A stretch of 63,714 nt of DNA, counting the filler, from Reclinomonas americana ATCC 50394 (Eukaryota), in NCBI GenBank assembly GCA_048213135.1. It is 4 parts of 2 records of this genome, joined end to end, with 100 filler letters (N's around TTAATTAATTAA, not from the genome) between each part and the next. Parts side by side here need not be neighbours in the genome. Positions count along the whole stretch, not along the records: positions 59,402 to 63,714 come from PS015366.1; 3 more parts are not named here. One strand, given 5' to 3'. The position numbers and the translations under genes were made by a program. The notes under the pieces are model-generated. The model was given only the letters and a program-made list of their open reading frames with translations, did no database searches and was not told the DNA's origin. Numbering within the stretch: position 1 is the stretch's first letter; every line of letters starts with the position of its first letter. Positions 63,621-63,714 of the stretch are shown here, one piece after another.

Positions 63621-63714
63621 TGTGAGGGGAAAGGGGGAGGTAATTGTGAGAAGGTGGGAAGGGAGGGGGTGAAAAAGGGAAAGAGAGAGAGGGAGAGGGA
63701 GAGGGAGAGGGAGA

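Noticed and set aside
1..63714. Alternative genetic code or stop readthrough
   Set aside because: In-frame stops in conserved genes fall in removable introns; TAA, TAG and TGA all serve as terminal stops.

Overview
GC-rich, intron-dense nuclear DNA from a eukaryotic microbe (protist-like). It has mitochondria: there is a presequence-bearing HSP60 and a bacterial-type HisRS. The window is a draft assembly of four scaffolds joined by synthetic N44-TTAATTAATTAA-N44 linkers (26440, 47549, 59302), with many N-gaps. I traced about 22 spliced genes by hand: p47-like, pyruvate kinase, GT61 glycosyltransferase, WD40 protein, mitochondrial HisRS, PP1 inhibitor-3, FKBP12, taxilin, ERGIC-53, two large TIG/lectin surface proteins, a long coiled-coil protein, a SPRY protein, HEATR6, a small L51/S25/CI-B8-like gene missed by the ORF track, a cytochrome b5 protein, Rpn2, ERMARD, HMG-CoA reductase, cytochrome b561, HSP60, PLD3-like and an EXPERA protein. 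Five gap-flanked contigs are inverted relative to their genes, probably through scaffolding errors. The strongest signal is a second, abundant class of 5' splice site, |GTTGCG (about 20 cases), which almost never has G at -1 and looks like the common G|GTGCG donor read in a one-nucleotide-shifted register. Also notable: an identical 15-mer upstream of two ubiquitin-proteasome genes, a ZYP1-like transverse-filament candidate, and a SPRY domain split by a ~430-aa insertion. All family calls come from motif recognition by eye; no searches were run.
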